From assembly GCA_964016885.1 (NCBI GenBank), contig OZ024741.1:370388001-370452000 (forward strand): a stretch of DNA of 64,000 nt, in the 5' to 3' direction. The stretch is from Eledone cirrhosa. Its lineage: Eukaryota. Shown piece after piece: positions 28,512 through 41,654 of the stretch. The notes below the pieces were generated by a model. That model did no database searches. It was not told the DNA's origin and saw only the letters and a list, made by a program, of their open reading frames with translations. A program made the translations under genes and the position numbers. The first letter of the stretch is position 1, and each line of letters opens with the position of its first letter.

Positions 28512-29780
28512 CTTGCACTCCTTTTCTCATTGTTCTTCTTGCTCTCCTTGCTCTCCTTGCTCTCCTTGCTCAGTTTCTCCTTGCTTTCCTTGCTCTCCTT
28601 GCTCTTCTTGCTCTCCTTGCTCTCCTTGCTTCCTTGCTCTCCTTACTCGCCTTGCTTTCATTGCTCTCATTGCTCTTGCTCTCCTTGCTCTCCTTTTCTC
28701 CTTGCTCTCCTTTCCCCTTGCTCTCCTTGCTTTCCTTTCTCTCCTTACTTTCCTTGCTCTCCTTGCTTTCCTTTCTCTCCTACTTTCCTTGCTCTCCTTG
28801 CTCTCCTTGCTCTTCTTGCTCTCCTTGCTCTCCATTTCTCCTTGCTCTCCTTGCTCTCCTTGCTCTTCTTGCTCTCCTTGCTCTCAATTTCTCCTTGCTC
28901 TCCTTGCTCTCCATTTCTCCTTGCTCTCCTTGCTCTCCTTGCCCTCCATTTCTCCTTTCTCTCCTTGCTCTCCTTGCTCTTCTTGCTCTCCTTGCTCTCC
29001 GTTTCTCCTTGCTCTCTTTGCTCTCCATTTCTCCTTGCTCTCCTTTCCCCTTGCTCTCCTTGCTCTTCTTGCTCTCCTTGCTCCTCTTGCTCTCCTTGCT
29101 CTCTTTTTCTCCTTGTTCTCCTTGCTCTCCTTGCTTTCCTTTCTCTCCTTGCTCTCCTTGCTCTCCTTGCTTTCCTTTCTCTCCATACTCTCCTTGCTCT
29201 CCTTGCTCTTCTTGCTCTCCTGGCTCTCCTTGCTCTCCTTGCCCTCCATTTCTCCTTGCTCTCCTTGCTCTCCTTGCTCTTCTTGCTCTCCTTGCTCTCA
29301 ATTTCTCCTTGCTCTCCTTGCTCTCCTTGCTCTCCTTTCCCCTTGCTTTCCTTGCTTTCCTTGCTCTCCTCGCTCTTTCTCTCCTTGCTTTCCTTTCTCT
29401 CCTTACTCTCCTTGCTCTCCTTGCTCTTCTTGCTCTCCTTGCTCTCAATTTCTCCTTGCTCTCCTTGCTCTCCATTTCTCCTTGCTCTCCTTGCTCTCCT
29501 TTCCCCTTGCTTTCCTTGCTTTCCTTGCTCTCCTTGCTCTTTCTCTCCTTGCTTTCCTTTCTCTCCTTACTCTCCTTGCTCTCCTTGCTCTTCTTGCTCT
29601 CCTTGCTCCTCTTTCTCTCCTTGCTCTCCTTTTCTCATTCTTCTCCTTGCTCTCCTTGCTTTCCTTTCTCTCCTTACTCTTCTTGCTCTCCTTGCTCCTC
29701 TTGCTCTCCTTGCTCTCCTTTTCTCTCTTGCTCTCCTTGTTCTTTTCTCATTGCTCTTTTCTCATTGCTCTTCTTGCTCA
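28512..29780. repeat. Pyrimidine-rich 9-bp satellite (CTCCTTGCT)n
   Basis: Directly visible degenerate ctccttgct array with higher-order blocks. Confidence 0.95.
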
Positions 29781-29826
29781 TATATATATTATATATATAA
29801 TATATATATATATATATACATATACA

Positions 29827-30192
29827 ATATATTAACAAATGGAAACTATATTTATAAAACCATATTTATTTCATTATATATATTTCAAGGACACCAAGTT
29901 AAATTATGGTGTGCTTTCATCAGATAAAATATAATATAGAGCAGTTTTATAAATAAATATTGACATACCCTTAAAGAATGCAACCATTACTGTTGGAAGC
30001 TCCCAAGGGTATATCAATATTTATTTATAAAACTGCTCTATATTATATTTTACCTGATGAAAGCACACCGTAATTTAACTTGGTGTCCTTGAAATATGTA
30101 TAATGAAATAAATATGGTTTTATAAATATAGTTTCCATTTGTTAATATATCGTATTTTTACTCCAATAATTTGTTGAGTGCTTTATATCAGT
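29827..30192 (+). mobile_element. PLE insertion, family D: ~145-bp inverted arms with HHR-like core plus tail
   Basis: Arms 29827-29972 and 30005-30150; CTGATGA-aagcacacc...ggtgtcctt-GAAA at 30054-30094; tail tactccaataatttgttgagtgct. Confidence 0.75.
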
Positions 30193-30214
30193 TATATATA
30201 TATACATATATATA

Positions 30215-31410
30215 TCTAATATATATTTGTGAAATGGGCGGTGGCTGAAATTCAAATGTGTACGGTTAAATGGTAGAAGACGTGGTCGGACTGACATGAA
30301 CATTTACACACCTATGTAAAACGTGCCAAGGAAGCAAATAGATGAGGTTTCAAATCTCTAACTTGAAAAGTGTGGTCCCTGGGGCTCCAAAACTATCGCG
30401 TTCGGTGAGTTATTTCCCCCTGTTCTAATACTTTTGTCTTATTTACAATTTCATCATCCTTCTACATTTAACGATCATACAGTACCGTTTTATGAAATCG
30501 ATTCTGCAGTACGGTCACTGTTTTCCATCAAAAGAAATAAAACCCTTGGCGATACTTGGTTTTAGTGTCCTAAATTATCATCATCGACATTCAATTACTA
30601 GCTCCACCCACTACACGATACGTCACGAAGGTAAATGTTTCGAAAAAATTTTAAACTGTATATCGCAACAATATATTGTTTAAAGACATTTTTTTTCTGT
30701 TGTTAAAAACTGTAAATCTGTTTTTTTTAAAATGTATTTCGAGCAATTTTTTTTCTGTTAAAAACTGTAAATAAATATTCATGTAAAAATGAAGCATAGT
30801 GTTTCGGTTAAAAACTTAAAAACTGTAAATAAATATTCATGTAAAAATGAAGCATAGTTTTTCTGTGAAAAACTGTAAATAAATATTTATTTTGTTCAAA
30901 AAATAAATCAAAAATCTAATTTTCTCGGTTAATATCTTAGTAAATATTTATTCTAAAAATTCACTGTTTTTTCGTGTAAAAATGAAGCATGTAAGAAAAT
31001 GAACATGTAAAAATCAAGCCGCAGCCGCAGCTGATGACGTGTCGTGACGTATCGTGTAGTGGGTGGTAATTGAATGTCGATGATGATAATTTAGGACACT
31101 AAAACCAAGTATCCCCAAATTGCGAAGAAGGGACGTGTGTTTTTATTTTAATTCTAATACATGTTAACCACCACTAACAGTAAGTAGTATTTTTCAAATT
31201 GCATATCATCGATATTGCTATTTCGCTGTTAATTAACAACGCTTTTCACGTCGCTCCACTTCTCATAGTATGCCGTTTAGCCGCAAGAGCATATTTTTAT
31301 TTCTTTTCCTGAAACTGCTTCTTTATAATAAACTTTCAATAATATTTTAATATTTTCAAATTATTAACTTAATAAAAAGTGTCCCCGGGTGCAACCGGGC
31401 TAAGCTGCCA

Positions 31411-31411
<1 letters not shown>
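30215..31411 (+). mobile_element. Non-autonomous Helitron-like element
   Basis: 5' A|TCtaatatata; 3' GC hairpin cccgggtgcaaccggg about 10 nt before ccag|T (CTAG variant). Confidence 0.55.
30546..31118. repeat. Nested foldback with ~80-bp inverted arms and internal aaaaactgtaaa repeats
   Basis: gatacttggttttagtgtcctaaattatcatcatcgacattcaattac...cgatacgtcacga mirrored at 31042-31113. Confidence 0.75.
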
Positions 31412-31475
<64 letters not shown>

Positions 31476-31478
<3 letters not shown>

Positions 31479-31890
31479 GATTATGAAGAGAGAAGAAACA
31501 TTAGATATAATTAATAAGATATATCATACCCAAACTCCTTCTTTACTCCTCGACTACGTAGTTTCGTGGCATATTATGCAAAAACACTACATCACAGAGA
31601 TATAGAATTTTTGTGAGGTCTGCCGACTTATCAAGGGGATACCTCATTAAGAGTTTCAAAACACGTCGGTAGGACGCGAGATAGAATCCCGAAAGGCGGA
31701 GGGGAGTCAATCACGTGATACAGCAGTCAAGAAACAGAGCTAAGCCTCTTATAACCATGAAAAAAATACCACCGGCGGAGGGGGTACTTTTATCAAAGCC
31801 GTAGAAGAGGTGGCTAAGGTGGCGGGAAGTATGAGTAATGATAACTTTCCAGCAGTCACTACACGACCAAAGGGAGATATATGTGGATAT
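31476..31890 (-). mobile_element. PLE-like pLTR fragment with non-canonical hammerhead-like fold
   Basis: Minus strand ctc-tgtgatgta-gtg...cac-GAAA-ctacgtag-TC-gag; flanked by (TA)n. Confidence 0.4.
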
Positions 31891-31955
31891 CAGAGATATA
31901 TGTGGATATATTCATGCATATGTATGTGTCCGCATGTATCTGTGTGTTTCTATAT

Positions 31956-32041
<86 letters not shown>

Positions 32042-32239
32042 ATGTAGGAGGTGAGTTTTATTGTAATACAATAAAGCAATGTAGATATCGGATAAGTAGC
32101 ACTCTACAGTTTGTAGGACTAGAGTATAAATAATATATAAGATCAAAAGATGGTTAAAAGAGTTCCATGTATTTTATTGAAATTCGCATAATAAAATACA
32201 TGGAACTCTTTTAACCATCTTTTGATCTTATATATTATA

Positions 32240-32240
<1 letters not shown>
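32042..32240 (-). mobile_element. PLE-type insertion, family E: short palindrome plus tail
   Basis: ataatatataagatcaaaagatggttaaaagagttccatgtattttatt mirrored at 32179-32240; minus-strand tail actct...agagtgct. Confidence 0.6.
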
Positions 32241-32293
<53 letters not shown>

Positions 32294-32294
<1 letters not shown>

Positions 32295-32432
32295 TAGCAG
32301 AATGGCCCGGCGTTGCTCGGGATTTGCTCTAGGATTCTTATATAATTGATATATATTTATCCTTATCGAGCCTCGTGAAATAAATACGTTTGTTTATATT
32401 TAGTTATTGTGTATGCAAAAATATCTGTACAC

Positions 32433-32466
<34 letters not shown>

Positions 32467-32878
32467 AGAATAAAAAGGACGATTGATTATTCCTTCATTG
32501 CATTTATTGATAGGTGACGCTCGTTTCGCCACTGATCAGCTCAAGGTTCGATCTATATCGATCCTACCCGACTCAATAATCCGTAGCTCGAAGGGCCCTC
32601 TTAAAATGCTATAAGAAAATTTTCTCATAGCATTTTAAGAGGGTCCGTCGAGCTGCGGATTATTGAGTCGGGTAGGATCGATATAGATCGAACCTTGAGC
32701 TGATCAGTGGCGAAACGAGCGTCACCTATCAATAAATGCAATGAAGGAATAATCAATCGTCCTTTTTATCTTTTCTATATATTACACTCTGTATAGCTCT
32801 ACACCTCATCACAGAAGTGAACCTAAACATCGAGTGCTCTCCCGGGTGGACCTGCAGTAACTCCTAGTTACACCCCCT

Positions 32879-32937
<59 letters not shown>

Positions 32938-33401
32938 TAACAGATTAAAGTTCAAGCAAAGAATCGCTGCTTTCACCCTTAACGGGATCTTCTGAAACTA
33001 AAAAAATCAATCTGTGAACGCAGAAGTAAATATTTCGAAAAGCGTTACACGCTATATATATATATATATATACACACTATATATACATATATACATACAC
33101 ACACACAGGTAACATCATAATGTCGTAATGGAGACAGCCAGACATATAGATAGATATTATAAGGGCTCAATGTTATATCTATGTATCTATCTAAAAAGAA
33201 AAACTTAGAATTATAGAGAGAGATCGCTAAATCGCCTAATGCGGTGCCTGGGGCATTGACAATTTGAAATATCTTTTGCTCAAAACACTCACAGGGCGAT
33301 AAGTATTACATGTGTAAAGTTTGAAAACAATCGGTTGGGTGGTTCTCGAGTTTTAGGGAGTCAGACAGACAGACAGACATTTTCTGTTTTATATATATAG
33401 A
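32294..33401 (-). mobile_element. Non-autonomous Helitron-like element hosting a nested PLE
   Basis: Minus strand starts TCtatatatataaaacag...(TCTG)n and ends cccgagcaacgccggg hairpin plus CTAG|T. Confidence 0.7.
32460..32880 (+). mobile_element. PLE-type insertion, family B: ~320-bp near-perfect palindrome plus 100-bp tail
   Basis: Arms centred on gaaaattttc at about 32620; cgaaacgagcgtc and aataaa in the arm; tail recurs alone at 63262-63363. Confidence 0.75.
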
Positions 33402-33455
33402 TTACTCAATACCGAGTACTTATTTCTCTCAGCTGTCAACCACATATATGTATAT

Positions 33456-33825
33456 TAAGGTGGCCCTTAGCAATAGTTAATTTCCCGAATGTTAAACATT
33501 TGCTGCTCCCCCAGCGAAAAATAGGTATTTGCCCTACACCTGCGCTCTGTCCCCAGCTTTGCAAGTTGCCTTCCCCATTATATTTATTGTCACTCATCTT
33601 TCTAATATCAAGAATATGTCCGAACAAGTTTTTAATTTAAGAGAAAATTACATAAAAAATAAAAGATGTTTATCTGAAAATATGACTTTCCAGGCGAAAA
33701 GTTCAAAATTTCACGGTCAATGAGGGTCGCATTGAAGTTGTCCACTTGCATAGAAGGGTTTTTTGTTAATTGAAACAATATAAGGGTTGGGCTAAACTTT
33801 TAGAGAGTTGAAAAATAAGGGCCAG

Positions 33826-33830
<5 letters not shown>
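33456..33830. mobile_element. MITE related to the Sola-like element at 27621
   Basis: TIRs taaggtggccctta / taagggccagcctta; first ~55 bp similar to 27621-27676. Confidence 0.7.
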
Positions 33831-33866
<36 letters not shown>

Positions 33867-33867
<1 letters not shown>

Positions 33868-34054
33868 CGAGGGAAAAGTGGTAAGGAACCAGGTGGACCA
33901 TAACGCACCAAAGTACTCAATACTTAGGGTAGTAGAGTGGGTAATAGGAGTAAGTAAGACCCCGACGGCTGAGCTCAAGCCGTTTCGACGGCTAATTCAG
34001 TACAGAATTAGCCGTCGAAACGGCTTGAGCTCAGCCGTCGGGGTCTTACTTACT

Positions 34055-34059
<5 letters not shown>
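33867..34059 (-). mobile_element. PLE-type insertion, family C: 116-bp palindrome plus tail
   Basis: Arms 33944-34059 around agtaca; 3' half of an HHR (GAAA-cggct..agccg-TC); tail actc...gagtact. Confidence 0.7.
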
Positions 34060-34092
<33 letters not shown>

Positions 34093-34399
34093 TATACGTG
34101 TGTCTGTGTGTATATGTGTGTGTGCGCGCGCGCGTGTCTGTGTGTGTGATACATAAATGAAAGAATAAGCTGAAGTAATTAATTTATCCATTATTATACG
34201 ATCCATTCAGAGAGTAAAATTATGTATGTGTTGGCTAATCGATGGCAGTTATGCGATGCAATACCATTAGCTTCGAAAACGCCCCAAAACTCTGCTCTCT
34301 CTCCTCATCATAATATAATAAAGAAAGGAGTGCGCGACTGCGTCCAGGTTATATAATTTTACCCCGTTTGTAAAATAAGTTAGATTAATTTGAATAAAT

Positions 34400-34520
34400 A
34401 ATTGTTTCTACTTTTGGCACAAGGCCAGCAATTACCAGTGTATTACTGGTACTTTATTTTATCGACCCCATAAGGATGAAAGGCAAAGTTAACCTCGGCG
34501 GGATTTGAACTCAGAACTTA
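34400..34520 (-). mobile_element. Main tRNA-derived SINE (Meta-like central domain), truncated
   Basis: Reverse complement of ctgagttcaaatcccgccgaggttaactttgcctttcatcct...gtcgataaaataaagtaccagt...gccttgtgccaaaagtagaaac. Confidence 0.85.
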
Positions 34521-35463
34521 ATTTGAATAAATAATAAATGAATATTACATCATTTATGTACTAAATTTCGTAACTCTTGTGTAAATATATTTTATTGCTT
34601 ATTTAAAGATTCACTTCTTTAAGATTTTCAAATGTCAACTCTTCCGGTTATATTATAACACTTATAATAACATCGCATATATTTCCGTCGCTAATTTTCT
34701 CCTAATGCAGTTTATATATAATATCGTCTTTTTAAAATGTATCATGGATTACTTTACTGATTACAGAAGAGAGTGTAACACAGTCTCTCTTCAATTTCTG
34801 TAGATATTGTTAATTACGATTTTATTTGACATACCATATCTAGATGCATGTATGTTTACGTATAATAACAATATGCTCACTTCACATACTAGCAGAAAAC
34901 CACCCGAAGATTGGTTTTTCTGCTAGTATATATAATATTGTTAGACTTTATACGTTAAGAGGGCAATGATACGAATAAAAACCCATGCCCCAGATTATTT
35001 CCCCTTTGGGTTTATTATTAATCAGGTAATTAATCTATTAATTAGTTTGTTAAGTAACTCGATAGGTTTTTAATTGTTCTAGCTCTTTTGTTACAGTTTA
35101 TGCATCTTCTCAACGATTATTTTGGTCCTGTGTCTCGTCCTCACTTCGATTTTGTTCCAGTTACTGCATCTTGTCTTCATACACGACAGAATGACAAGAT
35201 GGATTGCACAATGCCATGTATATATATCAAGTAAAGCAACGGAGTAAAGGAATCGCGTTTATCCCTGTAATTTAATGAGCTCAAAAGAAAAAATCCCTGG
35301 CCACTTCAAAATACAATATAGAGAGGGAAAAAACACAGGAAATTTTGTTTTCAATTACAGGGAGTATAAGATCACTAGCGTGAAAAACATATAAACTACG
35401 AAAGGTTTGGGAAATACATTATAATTAAAAGGATAAATTAAAATGAAATAAGCCCACCCACCC

Positions 35464-35510
<47 letters not shown>

Positions 35511-35513
<3 letters not shown>

Positions 35514-35709
35514 AGCTGTTATTTTATCTAAAGACATTTTTTCAAATTCCACCCTGCCCGTCCCATCAATCTATCTTATTTCTCATCCTTTCTTCTGACG
35601 AAGGACTAGCGTCCGTAACGATAAGACCGTCTTCCTGCTATTTCAAGTTTAAACTAATATATTCCTTCCATATACTGTACCGATTGTGTTGTTATTTCTG
35701 TTTACCTTT

Positions 35710-35710
<1 letters not shown>
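35511..35710 (+). mobile_element. PLE pLTR fragment, family F, mutated HHR
   Basis: tctt CTGACGA aggactagcgtcc gtaacg at 35591-35620 (GAAA mutated to GTAA). Confidence 0.7.
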
Positions 35711-35790
<80 letters not shown>

Positions 35791-36162
35791 GGAATAGCTT
35801 TTCTTTCAAACATTCTTTTTTCAAAACACGCCTATGCTCCAGTCGGATCACTCTTATTAAGGTCTCTTCGTATTTTCTTATTAGTTTTTTTATGCTTTGT
35901 TTGGAACAGTAGCCTTTCTAACTCACTGTGTGTATTAAAGTCTCGAAGTCTTCATCGTTGTATCTGGCAGTTTGAATATCCTGATTCGAGGATGGAGTCA
36001 CAAAGGTCACAAATCATTAATAAACATATGGATTTAGTAACGCTACTGTTCCAAACTAACTATAACGAAATAATAAAGAAATACGAAACATTCTTGATAA
36101 AAGCGTTGGCACTAGTACAGTCGTGTTTTATGTGTTACCCCCCTCCCCACATACACACATAT

Positions 36163-36359
36163 ATATATATTTAATATAGAAATGGCTTCTACTGGACTAG
36201 AACTGTTTCATTCCGGAGAAATCATCAGGGCTTCCTGATGACTTCTCTCGAATGAAACAATTCTAGTCCTGTAGAAGCCATTTCTATATTAAATATATAT
36301 ACTCTGCTATGTATTGAGTACCTTACTTACTGTGGATACCCCCGATTGAACCCGGGATA

Positions 36360-36362
<3 letters not shown>
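36163..36362 (+). mobile_element. PLE insertion, family A: palindrome plus tail
   Basis: Homologous to 19479-19664; arms 36163-36300, CTGATGA...GAAA core; a third, minus-strand tail copy lies at 41492-41582. Confidence 0.8.
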
Positions 36363-36430
<68 letters not shown>

Positions 36431-37389
36431 ATAAACGGATATATACTATTACAAAATTTCTACTCCAAAACCACCACTACCGCCACCATCACCATCACCA
36501 TCACCACCACCATCAACACCACCACCACCACCACCATCACCACCACCACCACCACCATAACCACCACCACCACCACTATCACCACCACTACCACCTCAAC
36601 CTTCATAACTGATAAAAATACTGTTTCAAATTGGTCTTTTAAACTTCCGATAACTTCGTACACGTTTTGTTTTTTGTTGTTTGTTTTTTGTTTTTTGTTT
36701 ACTTTTCCTTAATGTTGCTTAACGATGTTGCTAGCTCTCTTTAAACTGTAGTTAGTTAGGGAAGGCGGATTGAAAGTTGAGTTACCAAGGGTGGGGAATA
36801 GAAAAGAGCTGGGAAGGGGGTTTACGGGAGAGGGGTCACGTGTAGCGAGTGCTTGCCAACTTTATGGTCGGAGAACGGTAGGAGGAGAAGATTGTGATAG
36901 AGATGGGTGAAGAGGAGGAGATGGTGGAAGAAAAGGAGGCAGAATAGGGGAAAGTGGTGGTGGTGGTGGTGGTGGTGGTGGTGGTGGTGGTGGTGATGGT
37001 GGTGGTGGTGGTGGTGGTGTTTGGAGGACGGGGATGAGGAAGAGAATGATGAGGAAAGGTGAGGGAGTAAGTTTTACATCTGAGATGCAAAAAGATGGTT
37101 AGCTGTTGTTGAGGTGTTGTAAGGTGGTATATCAGCGACGGCGGTGTCAATGGCGGCGACGATGGCGGTGGCAACGGTGGCGGAGGCGACGGTAGTGGCA
37201 ACGGCGGCGGTGACGGCAAAGGGAGGGGGGTAAAGGTGACAGGAAGTGACGGGCAAAAAATGGCCGTTTTTATAAGTTTTAGGTTTCATGAGAACAACCC
37301 CGAGTGTTATTTTGTTTTGTTTTAGAGACAATAGGTGTGACGTGATGTGCTGTGGCTGACATCAATTGGAGGTGGAGGTGGTAGTTGTG

Positions 37390-37390
37390 G

Positions 37391-37429
<39 letters not shown>

Positions 37430-37790
37430 TGTTGATGTTGTTGTTGTTGCTGTTGTTGTTACTGTTGTTGCTGCTGTTGTTGCTGTTGTTGTTGCTGTTG
37501 TTGATGTTGTTGTTGCTGCTGTTGTTGATGTTGTTGTTGTTGCTACTGTTGTTGATGTTGTTGTTGCTGTTGTTATTGTTGTTGCTGTTGTTGATGTTGT
37601 TGTTGTTGCTGCTGTTGTTACTGTTGTTGCTGCTGTTGTTGCTGTTGTTGTTGCTGTTGTTGATGTTGTTGTTGTTGCTGCTGTTGTTGATGTTGTTGTT
37701 GTTGCTACTGTTGTTGATGTTGTTGTTGCTGCTGTTGTTGATGTTGTTGTTGCTGCTGTTGTTGATGCCGTTGTCGATGTTACTCTTGTT
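37390..37790. repeat. (GTT/GCT)n trinucleotide repeat
   Basis: Directly visible. Confidence 0.95.
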
Positions 37791-38035
37791 GAATTTGATG
37801 CTGTTGATGATGGTGGTGGGAGTGCGGTGATAGTGGTGGTGTTAGTAGTATTGATGCTGGTGCTGCTGAGACTGGCGGTGGTGGTGGTGGTGGTGGTGGT
37901 GGTGGTGGTGGTGGTAGTGGTGGTGGTGGTGGTGGCGGTGTGTGGGGGGGGTTGGTGGTGGTTATGCTGTTACGGCCGATAGTGGTGGTGTTGTGATGAT
38001 CACAATTATGGTGATGTTATTATTGCTGTGATATA

Positions 38036-38240
38036 GATTGGCAGTATCGGTAGAGCGTCAGATACCATGCTTTTCAGCATAGAGTTACGACCCTTTACGG
38101 TCTGGGTTCACATCCCACTGAGGTTAACTTTGCTTTTCATCCTTACGGAGTCGACAAAGTACCAGTAACGTACTGTGGTCAATTTAATCGACTTTCCCCT
38201 CCCCCAAAATTGATGGCCTTGTGCCTACATAAGAAACCAT
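38036..38240 (+). mobile_element. Main tRNA-derived SINE, near full length
   Basis: A-box-like tggcagtatcggtaga, B-box gggttcacatcc, central ctttgcttttcatccttacggagtcga, 3' gccttgtgccta. Confidence 0.85.
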
Positions 38241-39157
38241 TGTTGATGATGTTGATGATGTTGCTATTGCTGTTGATGATATCCATGGTGTTGCAGATGG
38301 TGTTGCACCTCCTGCTGCTGCTGCTGCTGCTGCTGTTGTTGTTGTTATAGGTAATGTTGTTGTTATTGCTGGTGGTAGTTTTAGTGATGATGATGATGAT
38401 GATTTTGGCTGTGGTAAAGGTGGTAGTCGTAATGATAATGACAGTGGTGATGGTGGTGATGATGTTGATAATGATAAGACTGCTGCTGCTGCTACTGCTG
38501 CTGCTGTTGTTAATATTAATCACCTTCACTATCGTATTCGTTCAACGTCGTCGTCATCATCGTCATCATCATCATCATCATCATCATCAGCATTATCATT
38601 CTCTTCGTCTTCATCTGTACCATTTATCGTACCCACCACCACCACCATTAACAACAACAGCAACATAATCGTCATCATTATCATCATCATCAGTGTGACG
38701 ATAGTGTTGAAGACTATGTTGGGTGAGATACAGCAACCTCTATCGACGATGTACGTAATCTTTATGACTCTTCGTTTCTATTTTAGCCGTGACGAATGAT
38801 GTCACCTCAAGGCAACCAATCAGATTGCCTACTTTTTACGGGGGTTTTATTTTAATATCAAATGCTATACAATATGATAGCATATCAGATTCATTAAATG
38901 TCATTATCCAGTGACCTTCTTGCCGTTAGAGGGCGCCACGATAAAATAAATAAACAAATAGAAAGATAGCTAAATAAATGAATAAATGAAGAATTAAATA
39001 AATAAAGCAAGGTTCACTTCAACACCCTGCATTGTGTTTAACGTAACCCTCTCCTGACGTCAAACTGATATTTGGTGTAGCCTCACAAATATTGGGTGTG
39101 AAATGATATGTATAGGGGAGTAGGTGTCTATAGACTCAAACACACGAAGCCACAGAC

Positions 39158-39197
<40 letters not shown>

Positions 39198-39278
39198 AAT
39201 ACACTTACATATGCATACATACACGTGCATATCATATACACCAATCGTAAGACATAAAAGTATATATATATATATATA

Positions 39279-39362
<84 letters not shown>

Positions 39363-39489
39363 ATTATATGTGTATATATATATATATAAATATATACATA
39401 CACACACACACACGTATATATAAATATATATGTATATATGTGTGTGTGTTTATGTGTGTGTGTGTGTGCGCAAGTGTGTGTGTGTGTGT

Positions 39490-39980
39490 ACTTCGTTTAT
39501 TAATTTGTTTTGCAAGATTTCTTATCTGAAAACGTGTGTTGAAACAGATATTGTTATACTTTGGGAGGGTCATGCTGCCAATAAAAACACACGCACCTGT
39601 CGGTTTCATTTCAATTTATTATTAATTTCCGGTTGGTTGGTCGTTTATATATTGTCAAAGCACTTTCGTCACACAATCTGTGACCTCCTCAGTGACTGAT
39701 TTCTCATTTTGTGTATCTCCTTTGTTCGGTCCTACACCATCTTGATTTTGTGTGCTATGTACTGTGTGCTTGGTTTGCGCATGCGTTACATCCGGATGTG
39801 TATGTTTTCATTTATTTATTTATGTGTTTATTTACCTGTTACTAATTGTTTGTGTGTTCTATCTGTGTGTGACTGGATTGTTTTATTAGTTAAGTTTTTG
39901 TGTGTGTCTGTATGTCTTCATTTTGTCCTTAATTACTCGTTGTGATGTTGCTATTCCACTCACGCTTTCTGTTTAATATA
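39490..39980 (-). mobile_element. PLE 3' end (GIY-YIG C-terminus, pLTR and tail)
   Basis: Minus strand begins with ILNRKREWNSNIT, cf. RLNRKNEWNNN at 46400; terminal part similar to 45947-46080. Confidence 0.75.
39654..39696 (-). ncRNA. Minimal type I hammerhead ribozyme motif
   Basis: gtca CTGAGGA g-gtcaca-gattg-tgtgac GAAA g-tg-c TT tgac; stems I and II pair perfectly. Confidence 0.8.
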
Positions 39981-39989
39981 TACATATAT

Positions 39990-40057
<68 letters not shown>

Positions 40058-40658
40058 TCATACATACAATTGTGAGCGTGTATATATATATATGTGTGTG
40101 TATTACATACTAACCATCCATACATACATAGATACATTCATACATACACATATACATACATACACACATACATACATACATACATACACACATACATACA
40201 TACATACATACATACATACATACATACATACATACATACATACATACATACATACATACATACATACATACATACTGAGATAAGCAGGGTGTTTGCTATC
40301 ACTTCCAGTACGCACAATCTCTATGATAGATGTCACGTGACTATAACCTCTTCACATTTATTTTTACTGGAAGGCCAACAATTTTCAGTGTTGAATGCTG
40401 AAAGTTATAAAGAGAGAGAGAAATATATATATTTTGGTATGGGAACAGAGATGGGAGAAGGGATGGGGGTTAAACTGTGGGGATGGGAGTAAAATGGTGG
40501 AAGGGTAGAGATGATTTTTAAACTTAGGGGTTAAAATAGGCGTAAACTTAAATAGCAAAACAACTTAAATCATAAATTACAGATGGAGAAGGTGGGGAAT
40601 ATAAAAAAATATGTTAATATATATCACATATATATATGCATACATACATAACATACAT

Positions 40659-40778
<120 letters not shown>

Positions 40779-40859
40779 TGTATGTATATTTGCCAATATA
40801 CCGTATATATATACATACACACATATACATATGTATGTATGTGTGTGTATGTGTATATA

Positions 40860-40967
<108 letters not shown>

Positions 40968-40983
40968 TATACATATGTATATG

Positions 40984-41073
<90 letters not shown>

Positions 41074-41348
41074 TATACATATGTATATATATAGAGAGAG
41101 AGAGAGGGCGGGGTGTAAGAGTGAGATGAAGGATTTAGTGTAATTTTCAAACCTTCCCTCTTTTCGTCCAACCCCACCCGCCGTTGCCGCTTAGACCATT
41201 GACTTCGCACCTCATGGTTATCTCCCTTTCGACCCACTCCAATGTTATCTCCGAAGGAAGAGTCCTATCTCAAAGGTCACTATTAACCTCTGTCTCCGCA
41301 CTGTATTTCATCTCATTTTATTAGAAACTGTTGTTATACATACATACA

Positions 41349-41386
<38 letters not shown>

Positions 41387-41654
41387 TATATATACATATA
41401 TACATATATGTATATCTATATGTATGTATATATATATATGTATATATATATATGTATGTATATGTATATATATATATACATATATATATATGTTTAACCC
41501 GGGTTCAATCGGGGATAACCACAGTAAGTAAAGTACTCAATACATAGCAGAGTATAAATATTTAATATAGAAATGGCTTCTATCGTAAATAAACCTTCTT
41601 AAAAACTCCAGTTGCATTTTGAACTTCTTTTTTTATTTATTATTATTAGTAGTG

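Noticed and set aside
28513-29927. SPC/LAL/GEQ repeat ORFs (collagen- or keratin-like)
   Set aside because: Translations of a 9-bp satellite with frequent frame slips.
34888-34929. Small hairpin actagcagaaaacca...tggtttttctgctagt
   Set aside because: Resembles two Helitron-end stubs; too short to assign.
38036-38120. tRNA gene
   Set aside because: A/B-box-like heads belong to SINE copies; no complete cloverleaf.
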